DNA from: an uncultured Negativicutes bacterium
GTDB taxonomy: Bacteria > Bacillota > Negativicutes > Veillonellales > Megasphaeraceae
DNA length: 64,000 bases
Assembly: GCA_900752195.1 (NCBI GenBank)
Contig: CAADUJ010000007.1
Span: forward strand, 203,716-267,715
Reading direction: 5' to 3'
In this document: piece after piece, positions 10,029 to 21,216 of the stretch
How the letters are laid out: each line of letters starts with the position of its first letter
Numbering within the stretch: position 1 is the stretch's first letter
Position numbers and translations under genes: made by a program
Notes under the pieces: generated by a model
Seen by the model: the letters and a program-made list of their open reading frames with translations, nothing else
Databases searched by the model: none
What the model was told of the DNA's origin: nothing

Positions 10029-10784
10029 TTATATGTCGACAGAAAGTCCGACAGGGCAATGATCGCTGCCAAGGATATCCGTGTAGATATGGGCTTCTTG
10101 TAATTTGTCATTGAGGCGATTTGATGTGATGAAGTAGTCAATACGCCATCCCGCATTGTTTTGACGGGCCTTGAATCGATAGCTCCACCATGAGTAGATG
10201 TCTTTGACATCGGGATAAAAATAACGCCACGTATCTGTGAATCCTGTAGCCAAAAGATCGGTCATTTTCTGGCGTTCTTCATCAGAAAAGCCTGCATTGT
10301 GATGATTCGTTTTCGGATTCTTTAAATCGATTTCTTCGTGGGCTACATTCAGGTCGCCGCAATAAATGACGGGCTTTTTCTTGTCCAGAGAGACAAGGTA
10401 TTCACGCAAATCATCTTCCCACTGCATGCGATAGTCTAAGCGAGCCAATTCACTTTGGCTATTGGGTGTATAACAGGTGACAAAATAGCAATTTTCAAAT
10501 TCCAGCGTGATAAGACGACCTTCGTGGTCATGGGCATCGATGCCCATACCTTTGGTGACGTTTAGGGGATGGATGCGTGTAAAAATAGCCGTGCCGCTGT
10601 AGCCTTTCCGGTCAGCATAGTTCCAATATTGTTCATATCCAGGAAGGTCGAGGTCAATCTGGCCTTCTTGCAGCTTTGTTTCTTGCAGACAAAAAATATC
10701 CGCATCGAGTTTATGGAAGGTATCCATGAATCCTTTTTTTACGGCGGCCCGTAAGCCATTTACATTCCAAGAGATGCATTTCAT
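10029..10784 (-). CDS. xth: exodeoxyribonuclease III (AP endonuclease)
   Basis: MKCISWNVNGLRA..., FCLQETK, and the catalytic Asp/His motifs of the EEP superfamily (DHCPV). Confidence 0.9.
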   Translation of the reverse strand: MKCISWNVNGLRAAVKKGFMDTFHKLDADIFCLQETKLQEGQIDLDLPGYEQYWNYADRKGYSGTAIFTRIHPLNVTKGMGIDAHDHEGRLITLEFENCYFVTCYTPNSQSELARLDYRMQWEDDLREYLVSLDKKKPVIYCGDLNVAHEEIDLKNPKTNHHNAGFSDEERQKMTDLLATGFTDTWRYFYPDVKDIYSWWSYRFKARQNNAGWRIDYFITSNRLNDKLQEAHIYTDILGSDHCPVGLSVDI

Positions 10785-11060
10785 AATAAACGTCCTTTCT
10801 GCATTGATTTCTTATATTTATGCGTAAAATATAATGTAAATTGCCCTGTAATTTGCTATAATACATGTATACTTAGACAGTGGATAGCGTTGGAATCAGA
10901 TAAAGTGAACCGCTAGGAATTGAGTGGATATATGGCTTTTATAATTGCCATAATAGGCATTCTGATGCGGTATCAGAAATTCCAGTCTATCTTTATATCA
11001 CCATAAGTATGTCGTTATTGTAATTAATTTTTAACAGCTTGTCAAAATAAAGAGAAACAG

Positions 11061-12707
11061 GTGATTCATGTGGCAGTTCATACGTTAGCAGGGACAAAAG
11101 TCCGTAAAGAAGATTATATTGATTTACAAGCCATCCGCAAGGCGTACTACGAAGGGAAGCCAGACGTATCGAAGGCGGCAGAACAGGTTCGATTCGGGAC
11201 TTCCGGCCATCGTGGCCAGGCGTTAAAGGGAAGTTTTACGGAAGCGCATGTAGCCGCTATTACGCAGGCCGTTTGCAAATATCGTCAGTCTTTTGGCGCT
11301 GAAGGTCCCCTCTTTGTTGGAGAAGATACGCATTATCTTTCTAAGCTCGCTTATGAAACGGTTTTACAGGTACTCGTCGCCAATGGCGTATCGGTATATG
11401 TCGATGGAGAAGGTGATTTCGTACCGACGCCATCTGTGTCGCGGGCTATTTTACGATACAATAAAGGTCGTAGAGAAAATCTTGCAGATGGACTCATCAT
11501 TACGCCATCCCACAATCCGCCAGAACATGGCGGCATTAAATACAATCCGATTACCGGCGGCCCTGCTGAGTCGGATATCACTAAGGCCATTGAAGTGGAG
11601 GCTAACCGTCTTTTGAAGAATCACAACAGAGAGGTTAAAATGGTACCGTTTGAAGAGGCAAAGGTGAGCCCCCTGGTATCCGGATACGACTATAAAGGAT
11701 TATATGTACGTGAACTGACATCCATCATCAATCTAGATGCAATCAAGCAGAAAGAAATTCACGTACTTGTCAACGCCCTTGGCGGTTCGGGCATGAACTA
11801 TTGGCACGCCATTTCAGATACGTATGGCCTGCACTTTGACTTTGTCAATGATATATATGATCCACAGTTTACGTTCATGAATTACGACCATGATGGCAAG
11901 ATACGCATGGATTGCTCGTCGTCTTATGTCATGTCTGCTGTAACAGGTCAGGCATCGCAGTACGATCTTATTCTTGCCAATGATCCCGATTATGACCGCT
12001 TTGGTATCGTCAGCGGTAGCGAAGGGATGATTTCGGCCAATGCATATCTGACGGTGGCATCGCATTATCTCATGACACATCGAGATTTTGCCGGTTTAGG
12101 TATAGCAAAGACCGTCGTCACGACGGATATGCTGTCCCGTTCAGCAAAGTTGCTGGGCGTGCCACTTTATGAAGTCCCTGTGGGATTTAAGTATTTTGGC
12201 GGCTTATATACGGATGGCAAGATTGCGTTTTCCGGTGAAGAAAGTGCCGGCGCCTCTTTTGTTGCAAAGGACCGCAGCGTTTGGACAACCGACAAAGATG
12301 GCATGATCATGTGCCTTTTGGCAGCTGAAATCAAGGCTGTCACAGGTAAATCACCGATGACATACTATACGGAACTATGTAAACAACTAGGCGAACCTTT
12401 TACGATGCGCAGCGACGCACCGGCTACGTTGGAAGAAAAGGATAAAATCAGCAGCCTTACCGAAGCGGATGTGATGACGAAAACCTTATGCGGCAGTCCT
12501 ATTACGGCCGTGTTATCCCATTCTCCTTATGGCGATTATCCCATTGGCGGCGTCAAGATTTGCACGGATCAGGGATGGGTAGCTGCTCGTCCGTCAGGAA
12601 CGGAAGACCTTTATAAACTTTATGCTGAAAGCTTTGTATCTTCTGAGCAGGCAGGACAACTCTTAGAAGAAGGAAAGGCATTGATTAACAAGGCTTTAGA
12701 AAAATAG
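11061..12707 (+). CDS. pgm: phosphoglucomutase (alpha-D-glucose phosphate-specific)
   Basis: Active-site loop TPSHNPPEHGGIKYN, metal-binding DPDYDR and GEESAG motifs. Confidence 0.85.
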   Translation: MIHVAVHTLAGTKVRKEDYIDLQAIRKAYYEGKPDVSKAAEQVRFGTSGHRGQALKGSFTEAHVAAITQAVCKYRQSFGAEGPLFVGEDTHYLSKLAYETVLQVLVANGVSVYVDGEGDFVPTPSVSRAILRYNKGRRENLADGLIITPSHNPPEHGGIKYNPITGGPAESDITKAIEVEANRLLKNHNREVKMVPFEEAKVSPLVSGYDYKGLYVRELTSIINLDAIKQKEIHVLVNALGGSGMNYWHAISDTYGLHFDFVNDIYDPQFTFMNYDHDGKIRMDCSSSYVMSAVTGQASQYDLILANDPDYDRFGIVSGSEGMISANAYLTVASHYLMTHRDFAGLGIAKTVVTTDMLSRSAKLLGVPLYEVPVGFKYFGGLYTDGKIAFSGEESAGASFVAKDRSVWTTDKDGMIMCLLAAEIKAVTGKSPMTYYTELCKQLGEPFTMRSDAPATLEEKDKISSLTEADVMTKTLCGSPITAVLSHSPYGDYPIGGVKICTDQGWVAARPSGTEDLYKLYAESFVSSEQAGQLLEEGKALINKALEK

Positions 12708-12788
12708 AAGAGTATGATATAATGAACAGGAATGGAAATTTACGGGGGAGTTATGTATTTCCACCTCAAAAAAGGAGTTGGCATAATC

Positions 12789-13061
12789 ATGAAAGCTGTC
12801 ATTACTGTCGTTGGCGTTGACCGGACGGGCATCATCGCAGCTGTAAGCAATATTATGGCTGAAAACAGCGTGAATATCCTTACGATTAATCAGGTCATTT
12901 TAGAAGGTATATTTAATATGGCTATGATTGTGGATTTAACAGACGCAGATGTAGATTTGCAGCAATTGCAAGATTTACTTAAAGAAAAAGGGGATTCTTT
13001 AGGCGTAGAAATCCGTGCGCAAAATCAGGAAATTTTTAATGCGATGCATCGTATTGGATAA
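12789..13061 (+). CDS. ACT-domain protein, UPF0237 family
   Basis: [35 protein letters not shown]...; ATG at 12789 preceded by AAAGGAG. Conserved partner of the downstream UPF0210 gene. Confidence 0.8.
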   Translation: MKAVITVVGVDRTGIIAAVSNIMAENSVNILTINQVILEGIFNMAMIVDLTDADVDLQQLQDLLKEKGDSLGVEIRAQNQEIFNAMHRIG

Positions 13062-13066
13062 GGGGA

Positions 13067-14431
13067 ATGAAGATGCTAACTATCTATGACGTGTTAGAAA
13101 CGAATCAGATGATTCAAAAGCAGAATCTCGATGTCCGCACTATTACGATGGGCATCAGTCTGCTCGATTGCTGCAGCAGCGATGGTAAGATGCTGTGCAA
13201 CAATATTTATGATAAGATTACAAAATACGGCGAAAATCTCGTCAAAGTCGGCAATGATATTGGCAATGAATTTGGCGTGCCCATTATCAACAAACGCGTG
13301 TCTGTGACACCAATCTCGTTGGTTGCCGGCTGTACCGATCTCGATACGTATGTTGCCATCGCGAAGACCCTTGACAAAGCGGCAAAGGAAATTGGTATCA
13401 ATTTCATCGGTGGGTTCTCGGCCCTCGTCGACAGAGGATATACGAAGGGAGACCAGACTCTCATTGCGTCGATTCCAGAAGCCCTGGCTTCGACTGAACT
13501 CGTCTGCAGCTCCGTTGCAGTGGGCTCTACTAAAGCCGGTATCAACATGGATGCCGTCGCAGAAATGGGTCGCGTCTTCAAGACACTTGGTGAACTGACG
13601 AAAGAACAGGATGCACTAGGCTGTGCTAAGCTCGTCGTATTTTGTAATGCCGTCGAAGATAACCCTTTCATGGCAGGTGCCTTCCATGGCGTTACTCAGG
13701 GGGATTCTTGTGTGAGCGTCGGTGTCAGCGGCCCTGGTGTCGTCAAACGGGCCTTAGAACATGTCAAAGGCGAGCCCTTCGACGTGGTAGCAGAAACAAT
13801 CAAAAAGACGGCCTTCAAGATAACCCGTGTCGGTCAGCTCGTTGCACAGGAAGCATCAAAGCGGCTGAATACGCCCTTTGGCATCATCGACTTATCTCTG
13901 GCTCCTACGCCGGCAATCGGTGACAGCGTTGCCGCTATACTTGAAGAAATGGGGCTTGAAAGCTGTGGTGCCTTTGGTACGACGGCCGCTTTAGCTTTGT
14001 TGAATGATGCCGTTAAAAAAGGTGGCCTCATGGCATCGAGTCATGTCGGTGGTTTGTCCGGTGCCTTCATCCCGGTCAGTGAAGATAAAGGCATGCTTGA
14101 AGCTGTTGGGCGGGGCAGTCTGTCTTTAGAAAAGTTAGAAGCCATGACTTGTGTTTGCTCAGTCGGCCTCGATATGATCGCCATTCCTGGTGATACATCG
14201 GCCTCGACTATTTCCGCTATTATTGCTGATGAAGCTGCTATTGGCATGATCAACAACAAGACGACAGCTGTCCGCGTCATTCCCGTGCCGGGAAAAGACG
14301 TTGGCGATACCGTCGAATTCGGCGGCCTTTTGGGACATTGTCCTATCATTAATGTCAACAAGTATAAATCGGATGAATTCATCGCCAGAGGCGGTCGGAT
14401 TCCAGCGCCTATGCGCAGTTTAACGAACTGA
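13067..14431 (+). CDS. UPF0210 (DUF711) family protein
   Basis: 454-aa protein ([35 protein letters not shown]...) directly downstream of the ACT protein, the conserved Firmicute gene pair. Confidence 0.8.
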   Translation: MKMLTIYDVLETNQMIQKQNLDVRTITMGISLLDCCSSDGKMLCNNIYDKITKYGENLVKVGNDIGNEFGVPIINKRVSVTPISLVAGCTDLDTYVAIAKTLDKAAKEIGINFIGGFSALVDRGYTKGDQTLIASIPEALASTELVCSSVAVGSTKAGINMDAVAEMGRVFKTLGELTKEQDALGCAKLVVFCNAVEDNPFMAGAFHGVTQGDSCVSVGVSGPGVVKRALEHVKGEPFDVVAETIKKTAFKITRVGQLVAQEASKRLNTPFGIIDLSLAPTPAIGDSVAAILEEMGLESCGAFGTTAALALLNDAVKKGGLMASSHVGGLSGAFIPVSEDKGMLEAVGRGSLSLEKLEAMTCVCSVGLDMIAIPGDTSASTISAIIADEAAIGMINNKTTAVRVIPVPGKDVGDTVEFGGLLGHCPIINVNKYKSDEFIARGGRIPAPMRSLTN

Positions 14432-14478
14432 TTGGCGCTCGCAGTTGATACACTATAAGTAGAAAGTAGGCGTGTGTT

Positions 14479-15516
14479 GTGCTCGTATATGTTGTGCCTT
14501 TTTTTATAGCTTTAGCTATTTCGTATGTCCTGACTCCAGGAGTGAAAAATCTGGCTATTAAAGTGGGCGCTATTGATAAACCGAATGCGCGTAAGGTTCA
14601 TGATCATATGATTCCTCGCCTTGGTGGTTTAGCTATTTTTGTTGGTTTTCTTTGTGCTGTATTGTACTCCATGCCTATGAATCATGACATGGCCGGACTC
14701 CTCTTAGGATGTACAGCCATTGTCTGTGTAGGGATATGGGATGATATTTGCAATATTCCGGCAAAGGTCAAACTTGTCGGTCAAATCGTTGCGGCTGCAA
14801 TTCCCGTTGCCTTTGGCATCCAGATTGAATGGCTTACCAATCCCTTTGGAGGCGCTCTCATTGAAATCAATGAAATTTTAGCTGTACCTTTGACGATTTT
14901 TTGGATCATCGGCTTTACGAACACCGTAAATTTGATTGACGGTCTTGATGGACTCGCTGCGGGTGTGTCTTTTATCGCGTCTATATCTATGTTTCTCATG
15001 GCTGTCAGCTTGAATCAGTATTTGCCGGCTATGATTGTCATCTCTTTGGCCGGTGCTGCCTTAGGCTTCTTACAGTATAACTTCAACCCTGCGAAGATAT
15101 TCATGGGCGATACAGGGAGCATGCTTCTGGGCTATACCATGGCTGTGACAGCTGTGTTAGGATTGGTCAAAACGGAAGCCACTATTGCGTTAGTCGTACC
15201 TGTCATTGCCCTGGGTCTCCCGATTATGGATACTCTTTTTGCCATCATTCGTCGTAAGATGAGTGGTGTACCTATTTTTACGCCGGACAAAGGGCATCTT
15301 CATCATCGCCTTCTTGCCTTAGGGTTGACACAAAAGCAAGCTGTCCTCATCATGTACTGCGTCAGCATCGTATTGGGCATTGTAGCCCTTATCGTTGCCA
15401 ATGTAAGCTATCAGATAGGGATAGTGACTGTTGCCATTGTGTTAGCTGTCATCATTTTTTCAGCTAAAAAAATTGGCATATTACATAAAACAACGAATTC
15501 TACTCATAAAAACTGA
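14479..15516 (+). CDS. glycosyltransferase family 4: UDP-GlcNAc:undecaprenyl-phosphate GlcNAc-1-phosphate transferase (WecA/TagO/MraY-like)
   Basis: Polytopic membrane protein with the MraY/WecA signatures NLIDGLDGLAAG and GDTGS. Confidence 0.8.
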   Translation: MLVYVVPFFIALAISYVLTPGVKNLAIKVGAIDKPNARKVHDHMIPRLGGLAIFVGFLCAVLYSMPMNHDMAGLLLGCTAIVCVGIWDDICNIPAKVKLVGQIVAAAIPVAFGIQIEWLTNPFGGALIEINEILAVPLTIFWIIGFTNTVNLIDGLDGLAAGVSFIASISMFLMAVSLNQYLPAMIVISLAGAALGFLQYNFNPAKIFMGDTGSMLLGYTMAVTAVLGLVKTEATIALVVPVIALGLPIMDTLFAIIRRKMSGVPIFTPDKGHLHHRLLALGLTQKQAVLIMYCVSIVLGIVALIVANVSYQIGIVTVAIVLAVIIFSAKKIGILHKTTNSTHKN

Positions 15517-15558
15517 TGTTTTATGGGTAGAATTTATTTAGTTCAAGGAGGTTTTTGA

Positions 15559-16707
15559 ATGCTGAAAGTAATGACTGTGTTCGGTACTCGTCCGGAAGCC
15601 ATTAAGATGGCTCCAGTTGTACTGGAACTGAAAAAGCATCCTGAGCAAATAAAGACGATTGTTGCTGTTACAGCCCAGCACCGCCAAATGCTCGATCAGG
15701 TGCTCAGTTTGTTTAAAATCGATACGGATTATGACCTGGATATCATGAGTCAGGGACAGACGCTGTACGATATTACGACACGGGCCCTTATGGGCCTGAA
15801 AGATGTCATGGAGAAGGAAAAACCTGATCTTGTCCTCGTCCATGGCGACACGACGACGACGTTTGCCGGTGCATTGGCAGCGTATTATCAGCAGATTCCT
15901 GTAGGTCACGTTGAAGCGGGACTTCGGACGGGAAATATGTATTCCCCCTTTCCAGAAGAAATGAACCGTAAATTGACCGGATCCATTGCATCTATCCATT
16001 TTTCGCCTACAGAAACTGCAAAAGAAAATCTTCTTCGTGAGAGTGTGGATAAAAATAATATATTTGTCACTGGCAATACTGTTATCGATGCCCTCATGAC
16101 GACTGTCGACGAAGGATATGACTTTGAAGATGAAGAGCTTCATCGCGTCGATTTCAAGAGTCATCGCATTATCTTATTGACGACACATCGCCGCGAAAAT
16201 TTAGGCGAACCGATGCGGCATATCTATAAGGCTTTGCGCCAGATTATCGATGAAATCCCTGACACGGAAATCGTTTTTCCTGTTCACCGCAACCCTCTTG
16301 TGCGCAAAGTGGTAGAAGAGGAGTTGTCTGGCGTCAATCGTATTCATCTCATCGACCCTATGGAATACGAACCTTTTGCAAATCTCATGCATCATAGTTA
16401 TCTCGTCCTTACTGATTCTGGCGGAATCCAGGAAGAAGCACCTTCTCTGGGAAAACCTGTTCTCGTCTTGCGTGACACGACAGAACGGCCAGAAGCCGTA
16501 AAGGCGGGTACGGTCCGTCTCATTGGAACGAGCCGCGATGTCGTCTATAACGAAACGAAACGCCTCCTTACAGATCATAATGCATATAAACAGATGAGTA
16601 ATGCCGTAAATCCATATGGTGACGGTCTTGCAGCAAAACGGATCGTGAAAGCCATTTTATATACCTATGGCGGCGAATCGGAAAAACCTGACGAGTTTGT
16701 ATTATAA
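15559..16707 (+). CDS. wecB: UDP-N-acetylglucosamine 2-epimerase (non-hydrolysing)
   Basis: MLKVMTVFGTRPEAIKMAPVV...HGDTTTT...HVEAGLRT...TDSGGIQEE. The minus-strand ORF 15538..16164 is a shadow. Confidence 0.9.
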   Translation: MLKVMTVFGTRPEAIKMAPVVLELKKHPEQIKTIVAVTAQHRQMLDQVLSLFKIDTDYDLDIMSQGQTLYDITTRALMGLKDVMEKEKPDLVLVHGDTTTTFAGALAAYYQQIPVGHVEAGLRTGNMYSPFPEEMNRKLTGSIASIHFSPTETAKENLLRESVDKNNIFVTGNTVIDALMTTVDEGYDFEDEELHRVDFKSHRIILLTTHRRENLGEPMRHIYKALRQIIDEIPDTEIVFPVHRNPLVRKVVEEELSGVNRIHLIDPMEYEPFANLMHHSYLVLTDSGGIQEEAPSLGKPVLVLRDTTERPEAVKAGTVRLIGTSRDVVYNETKRLLTDHNAYKQMSNAVNPYGDGLAAKRIVKAILYTYGGESEKPDEFVL

Positions 16708-16940
16708 ACTTTTTTAGTTTAACTAATAAATTGTATTTTACGCTAGTTATAACTATTTAGTCTAAACGGTATGCTTAATTGATTTTGTCCTATCATAGTG
16801 ATAAAATGTAACGTGAAGGTGTATATGGCGTTGCTATTATATGGTGAAACTTACCAAATGCCATCATAATAGTGTATACCCTTTATGATACGTATTGTCT
16901 TTTCTTTGCGCATACATGTTGACGGTATGAAAGGAACTAT

Positions 16941-17186
16941 ATGACAGGTAATGGTAGAAACACATCGGGTAGTATCTTGGATATTGTCGTCATTGCCGGA
17001 TCTATGGGCCTGACTCTATTCGTCAGTATTTGCGTCGGCTTATTCATCGGCCATGGGATTGATTCCTTCTTCGACCTGACACCGTGGGGACTTATTATCT
17101 TTGGACTTCTCGGTGCTGGCAGTGGCTTTTGGTCACTTTATAAAAAGGCGGTCCGTTATATGGAAAGCCATGATACAAGGAGGTAA
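16941..17186 (+). CDS. AtpZ/AtpI-like small membrane protein preceding the ATP synthase operon
   Basis: 81 aa with two predicted TM helices, sitting directly before atpI. Putative promoter TTGATT-17-TAAAAT at ~16778-16806. Confidence 0.55.
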   Translation: MTGNGRNTSGSILDIVVIAGSMGLTLFVSICVGLFIGHGIDSFFDLTPWGLIIFGLLGAGSGFWSLYKKAVRYMESHDTRR

Positions 17187-17192
17187 CAGGCA

Positions 17193-17582
17193 ATGGATGA
17201 GCTCCGGCGATACGTACAACATACTTTATTCTGCCTGATTGTATTGGCCGCGGCAGGTGTCATCTTTCTCTTGGTGATGTCCCTTTCCGGTCTCATAAGT
17301 GGCTGGCTCATCGGCTGTGGCCTCAACGTACTGTATTTCATCATGTTGAGCAACCGGTCAGCCAAGAGCATGTCTCTGAATCCACAAAGTGCTTACGTGT
17401 CAATCCGCGGTGGTGCTTTTTTTCGGATTATGATGATCGTCCTCATGGTCATCGTGGTGCTGCAATTTCCTTCAGTGAACATCTGGGCTGTTGTAGCAGG
17501 CATCATGTCCTACCGGATGATTATCTTCTTCGAGGCGATTAAAAACGCCTTAGGAGAAAAAAATTTAGAAGGAAGGAGGTAA
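17193..17582 (+). CDS. atpI: ATP synthase protein I
   Basis: 129-aa membrane protein with 4 TM helices, located between atpZ and atpB. Confidence 0.65.
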   Translation: MDELRRYVQHTLFCLIVLAAAGVIFLLVMSLSGLISGWLIGCGLNVLYFIMLSNRSAKSMSLNPQSAYVSIRGGAFFRIMMIVLMVIVVLQFPSVNIWAVVAGIMSYRMIIFFEAIKNALGEKNLEGRR

Positions 17583-17588
17583 AAATTT

Positions 17589-18257
17589 ATGGAGCTACAT
17601 GCAGGTCATCATATGGTCGTGCAGCTTTTAGGGATGAACGTCAATATGGATACGATTTATCTTACCTGGGTTGCAGCCGCATTGGTTATCATCGTCACTG
17701 TTCTTGCGACGAGACAACGGGCTATGGTCCCAAGTGGCCTTCAGAATGCCATGGAAATGGTAATTGAAGGGTTGCTTTCGCAGTTCAAGGAAACGTTGGG
17801 GCCAAAATATGGGCAAGTTGTTTCCGTACTTTTGACCATGTTCTTCTTCATCTTGTTTGCGAACGAAATGGGCATGCTGCCTACGGATGGTTTGCTCGCA
17901 TCGCCGACAAATGATTTGAACACGACAGTCGCATTAGCGTTGGTTTCGTCTTTCCTCGTCCATGCCATGGCATTGAAGAACAAGGGCCCGAAAAAACATT
18001 TCAAACACTTCTTTGAACCATTCGTTCCTTTTGTAATCATCAACCTCATGGAAGAAATCACAAAACCATTAACACTGGCTTTTCGTCTTTTTGGCAATAT
18101 TCTTGCTGGCGAAATCTTAATGGAAGTCTTGTATTTCCTCGTTCCTGCTGGTATCCCTATGATATGGTTGTTATTCAGCCTCGTCATCGGCCTCATCCAG
18201 GCATTCATCTTTACAATCTTGACGACGTCATACTTGGCTCCGTCTTTCCACGATTAA
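17589..18257 (+). CDS. atpB: F0F1 ATP synthase subunit a
   Basis: Conserved C-terminal helices with the essential Arg (LAFRLFGNILAGE). Confidence 0.9.
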   Translation: MELHAGHHMVVQLLGMNVNMDTIYLTWVAAALVIIVTVLATRQRAMVPSGLQNAMEMVIEGLLSQFKETLGPKYGQVVSVLLTMFFFILFANEMGMLPTDGLLASPTNDLNTTVALALVSSFLVHAMALKNKGPKKHFKHFFEPFVPFVIINLMEEITKPLTLAFRLFGNILAGEILMEVLYFLVPAGIPMIWLLFSLVIGLIQAFIFTILTTSYLAPSFHD

Positions 18258-18303
18258 GTAAAAAACAACAAACATACTTACTGAAATTAGGAGGTTATTT
18301 ATC

Positions 18304-18561
18304 ATGGAAAAAGCTCTCGTACTCGCATTGTCTGCTTTTGGTGCATCTTTAGGTATTGGTCTCGCAGCTCTTGGCGCTGCTATCGGTGACGGCCACGCTG
18401 CCGCAAAAATGCTCGAAGGTACTGCTCGTCAGCCTGAAATGGGTGGCAAACTCTTGGTCAACATGCTTATCTCCATCGGCTTGATTGAATCCATGCCTAT
18501 CATCGCAGCTGTTATTGCAATCGTATTGGTATTTGCTAATCCGTTCGCTTCGATGCTCTAA
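18304..18561 (+). CDS. atpE: F0F1 ATP synthase subunit c
   Basis: 85-aa proteolipid with a Gly-rich helix 1 and the ion-binding Glu in IGLIESMPI. Confidence 0.9.
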   Translation: MEKALVLALSAFGASLGIGLAALGAAIGDGHAAAKMLEGTARQPEMGGKLLVNMLISIGLIESMPIIAAVIAIVLVFANPFASML

Positions 18562-18606
18562 TAGGAAGAATGAAGGATCAAGTATACAGCCGGGGAGGGA
18601 AGAACA

Positions 18607-19107
18607 TTGGTTGACATTAATCTTGGTACCTTGCTGTTCCAAATCGTAAACTTCTTCGTCTTAGTTGGCATTTTGGCGAAATTTGCGTATAAACCGCTTT
18701 TAAAGGTGTTAGAAGACCGTCGCAACAAGATTGCCTCTGATCTGGACAATGCCGCTCAAGCTCGGCAAAGTGCTGAACAGATGAAAGCGGAATACGAAGC
18801 GCAGCTTAGTAAGGCTCGCAGCGAAGCGCAGGCTATCGTCGATAAAGCTGTCAAACAGGCAGCTAAAGAAGGCCAGGCACAGCTCGAAGCCATCCGTGCG
18901 CAGATTGCACGGGAAAAAGAAGTTGCTCAGGCGGAAATAGCAAACGAACGGGAAGCTGCTATCCGTGACATGCGTAATGAAGTAGTCACACTGTCTATGG
19001 CTGTGGCAGAAAAACTGCTCAATAAAAACATGGATTCAGACATGAACGCAAAACTGGTAGCAGACTGCATCGATCAGCTCCAACCAAAACAAGCAAAGGG
19101 GAACTGA
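18607..19107 (+). CDS. atpF: F0F1 ATP synthase subunit b
   Basis: Single N-terminal TM helix followed by a long Ala/Glu/Lys-rich coiled coil. TTG start at 18607 preceded by GGGAGGGA. Confidence 0.85.
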   Translation: MVDINLGTLLFQIVNFFVLVGILAKFAYKPLLKVLEDRRNKIASDLDNAAQARQSAEQMKAEYEAQLSKARSEAQAIVDKAVKQAAKEGQAQLEAIRAQIAREKEVAQAEIANEREAAIRDMRNEVVTLSMAVAEKLLNKNMDSDMNAKLVADCIDQLQPKQAKGN

Positions 19108-19111
19108 TCCT

Positions 19112-19678
19112 ATGATACCCGAAACAATTTACAGCAAATACAGCCAGGCAATGTTTGACATTGCTAGGGAACAACAACAGCTCGATGCCTTTGGAACGGA
19201 GCTGAAAGGTGTACGTGACGTATTTCAGGAAAATGGTGATTTGTGGAAATTCATCAATCATCCGCTCGTACCACCTCAGTCCAAAAAAGATACATTGAGT
19301 GAAATCTTCAAGGACAGCGTATCGCCGTTAGTCATGCAATTTATGTATGTCATGATCGATCGGCGGCGGGAAGCAGCCTTGCTGTTGGCTATTGACGGGT
19401 TTATCGATTTGGCTCGTAAGGCTAATAACATTGAAGTTGCAAAGATTCGCGTCGTCAAACCGCTGACCAAGGAAGAAGAAGCGAAACTTGTGGCTGGTCT
19501 GGAAGCCATGACAGGCCATCGGATCGAACCTCTGTATTATATCGATCCATCTCTTATCGGTGGCATGGTCATCCAGATTGGCGACAAACTAATAGACGGA
19601 AGCCTGAAGCGGCAGCTCAAGGATATGCAGCATAGCTTATTGCAGGCTGAAGTTACGAATGGGGTGACGAACGAATAA
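19112..19678 (+). CDS. atpH: F0F1 ATP synthase subunit delta (OSCP)
   Basis: Operon position and size (188 aa). Confidence 0.85.
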   Translation: MIPETIYSKYSQAMFDIAREQQQLDAFGTELKGVRDVFQENGDLWKFINHPLVPPQSKKDTLSEIFKDSVSPLVMQFMYVMIDRRREAALLLAIDGFIDLARKANNIEVAKIRVVKPLTKEEEAKLVAGLEAMTGHRIEPLYYIDPSLIGGMVIQIGDKLIDGSLKRQLKDMQHSLLQAEVTNGVTNE

Positions 19679-21213
19679 TGAAAATGAAGCCAGAAGAAAT
19701 AACGGCTATAATTAAAAAACAAATCGAAAACTATAACGTCGAAATGAATGTGGATGACGTCGGTACTGTACTCGAAGTCGGCGATGGTATTGCTCATATA
19801 TACGGTCTCGATAAAGCGATGGCAGGGGAACTTCTCGAACTGCCACATGATGTATATGGCCTCGCCATGAACCTCGAAGAAGATAACGTCGGTGCTGTAT
19901 TACTCGGTAACGATGAACTCATCAAAGAAGGCGACACGGTACGTCGTACGGGAAAGGTTATGAGTGTTCCCGTTGGTGAAGCTCTTATTGGCCGCGTTGT
20001 CAATCCCTTAGGCATTCCTATCGACGGCAAAGGACCTATCCAGACGACAGAATATCGCCGCGTTGAAGTCATCGCCCATGGTATTGCTGATCGTCAGCCG
20101 GTTAAACAGCCGTTACAGACCGGTTTAAAAGCAATTGACTCCATGGTTCCTATCGGACGGGGCCAGCGTGAATTGATCATCGGTGACCGTGGTACTGGTA
20201 AAACTGCTATTGCCATCGATACGATCATCAATCAAAAAGATGATGGCGTCATTTGTGTATACGTTGCCATCGGCCAGAAGGCATCGACGGTAGCCCGCGT
20301 TGTCCGTACTTTGGAAGAACATGGCGCAATGGCCTATACGATTGTCGTCGCTGCTACTGCTTCTGATGGTGCTCCGTTACAGTATCTGGCACCGTACGCA
20401 GGCGTATCCATGGCAGAATACTTCATGCATAAAGGCAAGGACTGCCTTTGCGTATACGATGACCTTTCTAAACATGCTCAGGCGTATCGTGCCATGAGTT
20501 TGCTTCTCCGTCGTCCGCCAGGACGTGAAGCCTATCCTGGCGATGTATTCTACTTACATTCCCGTCTTCTTGAACGTGCTGCTAAGCTTTCCGATGAATT
20601 AGGCGGCGGCTCCATTACAGCCCTTCCTATCATTGAAACGTTGGCTGGTGACCTTTCTGCCTATATCCCGACAAACGTAATTTCCATTACAGATGGCCAG
20701 ATTTTCCTGGAAACAGAATTATTCAACTCTGGTGTCCGTCCGGCTATCAACGTCGGCTTATCCGTATCGCGTGTAGGTGGTTCTGCCCAGATCAAGGCTA
20801 TGAAGAAAATTGCCGGTACGTTACGTCTGAGCCTTGCTCAGTATCGTGAATTGGCAGCGTTTGCTCAGTTCGGTTCTGACCTCGATAAGAACACGAAGGC
20901 TCAGATTGATGCCGGTGAACGTACGATGCAGATGCTTATTCAGCCGCAGTATCAGCCTATGTCTGTTGCAGACCAGGTTATCCAGATTTACGCAGCTGTA
21001 AAAGGCTACCTCATGCCGATTCAGGTAGAAGACGTACAAGAATTTGAAGAAGGTCTCTTGAAATTCATGCACGCAAACTATGCGGAAGTCGCAACGAAAA
21101 TCAAGGAAACAAAAGAACTCGACAGCGACAACGAAGAAGTCCTCAAGAAAGCGATTGTGGAATATACCAAACAGTTTGGTGCTACCCATCAATTAGTGAA
21201 AGAGGAGGAATAG
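19678..21213 (+). CDS. atpA: F0F1 ATP synthase subunit alpha
   Basis: P-loop GDRGTGKT and highly conserved alpha-subunit sequence throughout. Confidence 0.95.
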   Translation: MKMKPEEITAIIKKQIENYNVEMNVDDVGTVLEVGDGIAHIYGLDKAMAGELLELPHDVYGLAMNLEEDNVGAVLLGNDELIKEGDTVRRTGKVMSVPVGEALIGRVVNPLGIPIDGKGPIQTTEYRRVEVIAHGIADRQPVKQPLQTGLKAIDSMVPIGRGQRELIIGDRGTGKTAIAIDTIINQKDDGVICVYVAIGQKASTVARVVRTLEEHGAMAYTIVVAATASDGAPLQYLAPYAGVSMAEYFMHKGKDCLCVYDDLSKHAQAYRAMSLLLRRPPGREAYPGDVFYLHSRLLERAAKLSDELGGGSITALPIIETLAGDLSAYIPTNVISITDGQIFLETELFNSGVRPAINVGLSVSRVGGSAQIKAMKKIAGTLRLSLAQYRELAAFAQFGSDLDKNTKAQIDAGERTMQMLIQPQYQPMSVADQVIQIYAAVKGYLMPIQVEDVQEFEEGLLKFMHANYAEVATKIKETKELDSDNEEVLKKAIVEYTKQFGATHQLVKEEE

Positions 21214-21216
21214 TCT

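Noticed and set aside
15538-16164. 208-aa minus-strand ORF inside wecB
   Set aside because: Antisense shadow of a highly conserved epimerase gene.
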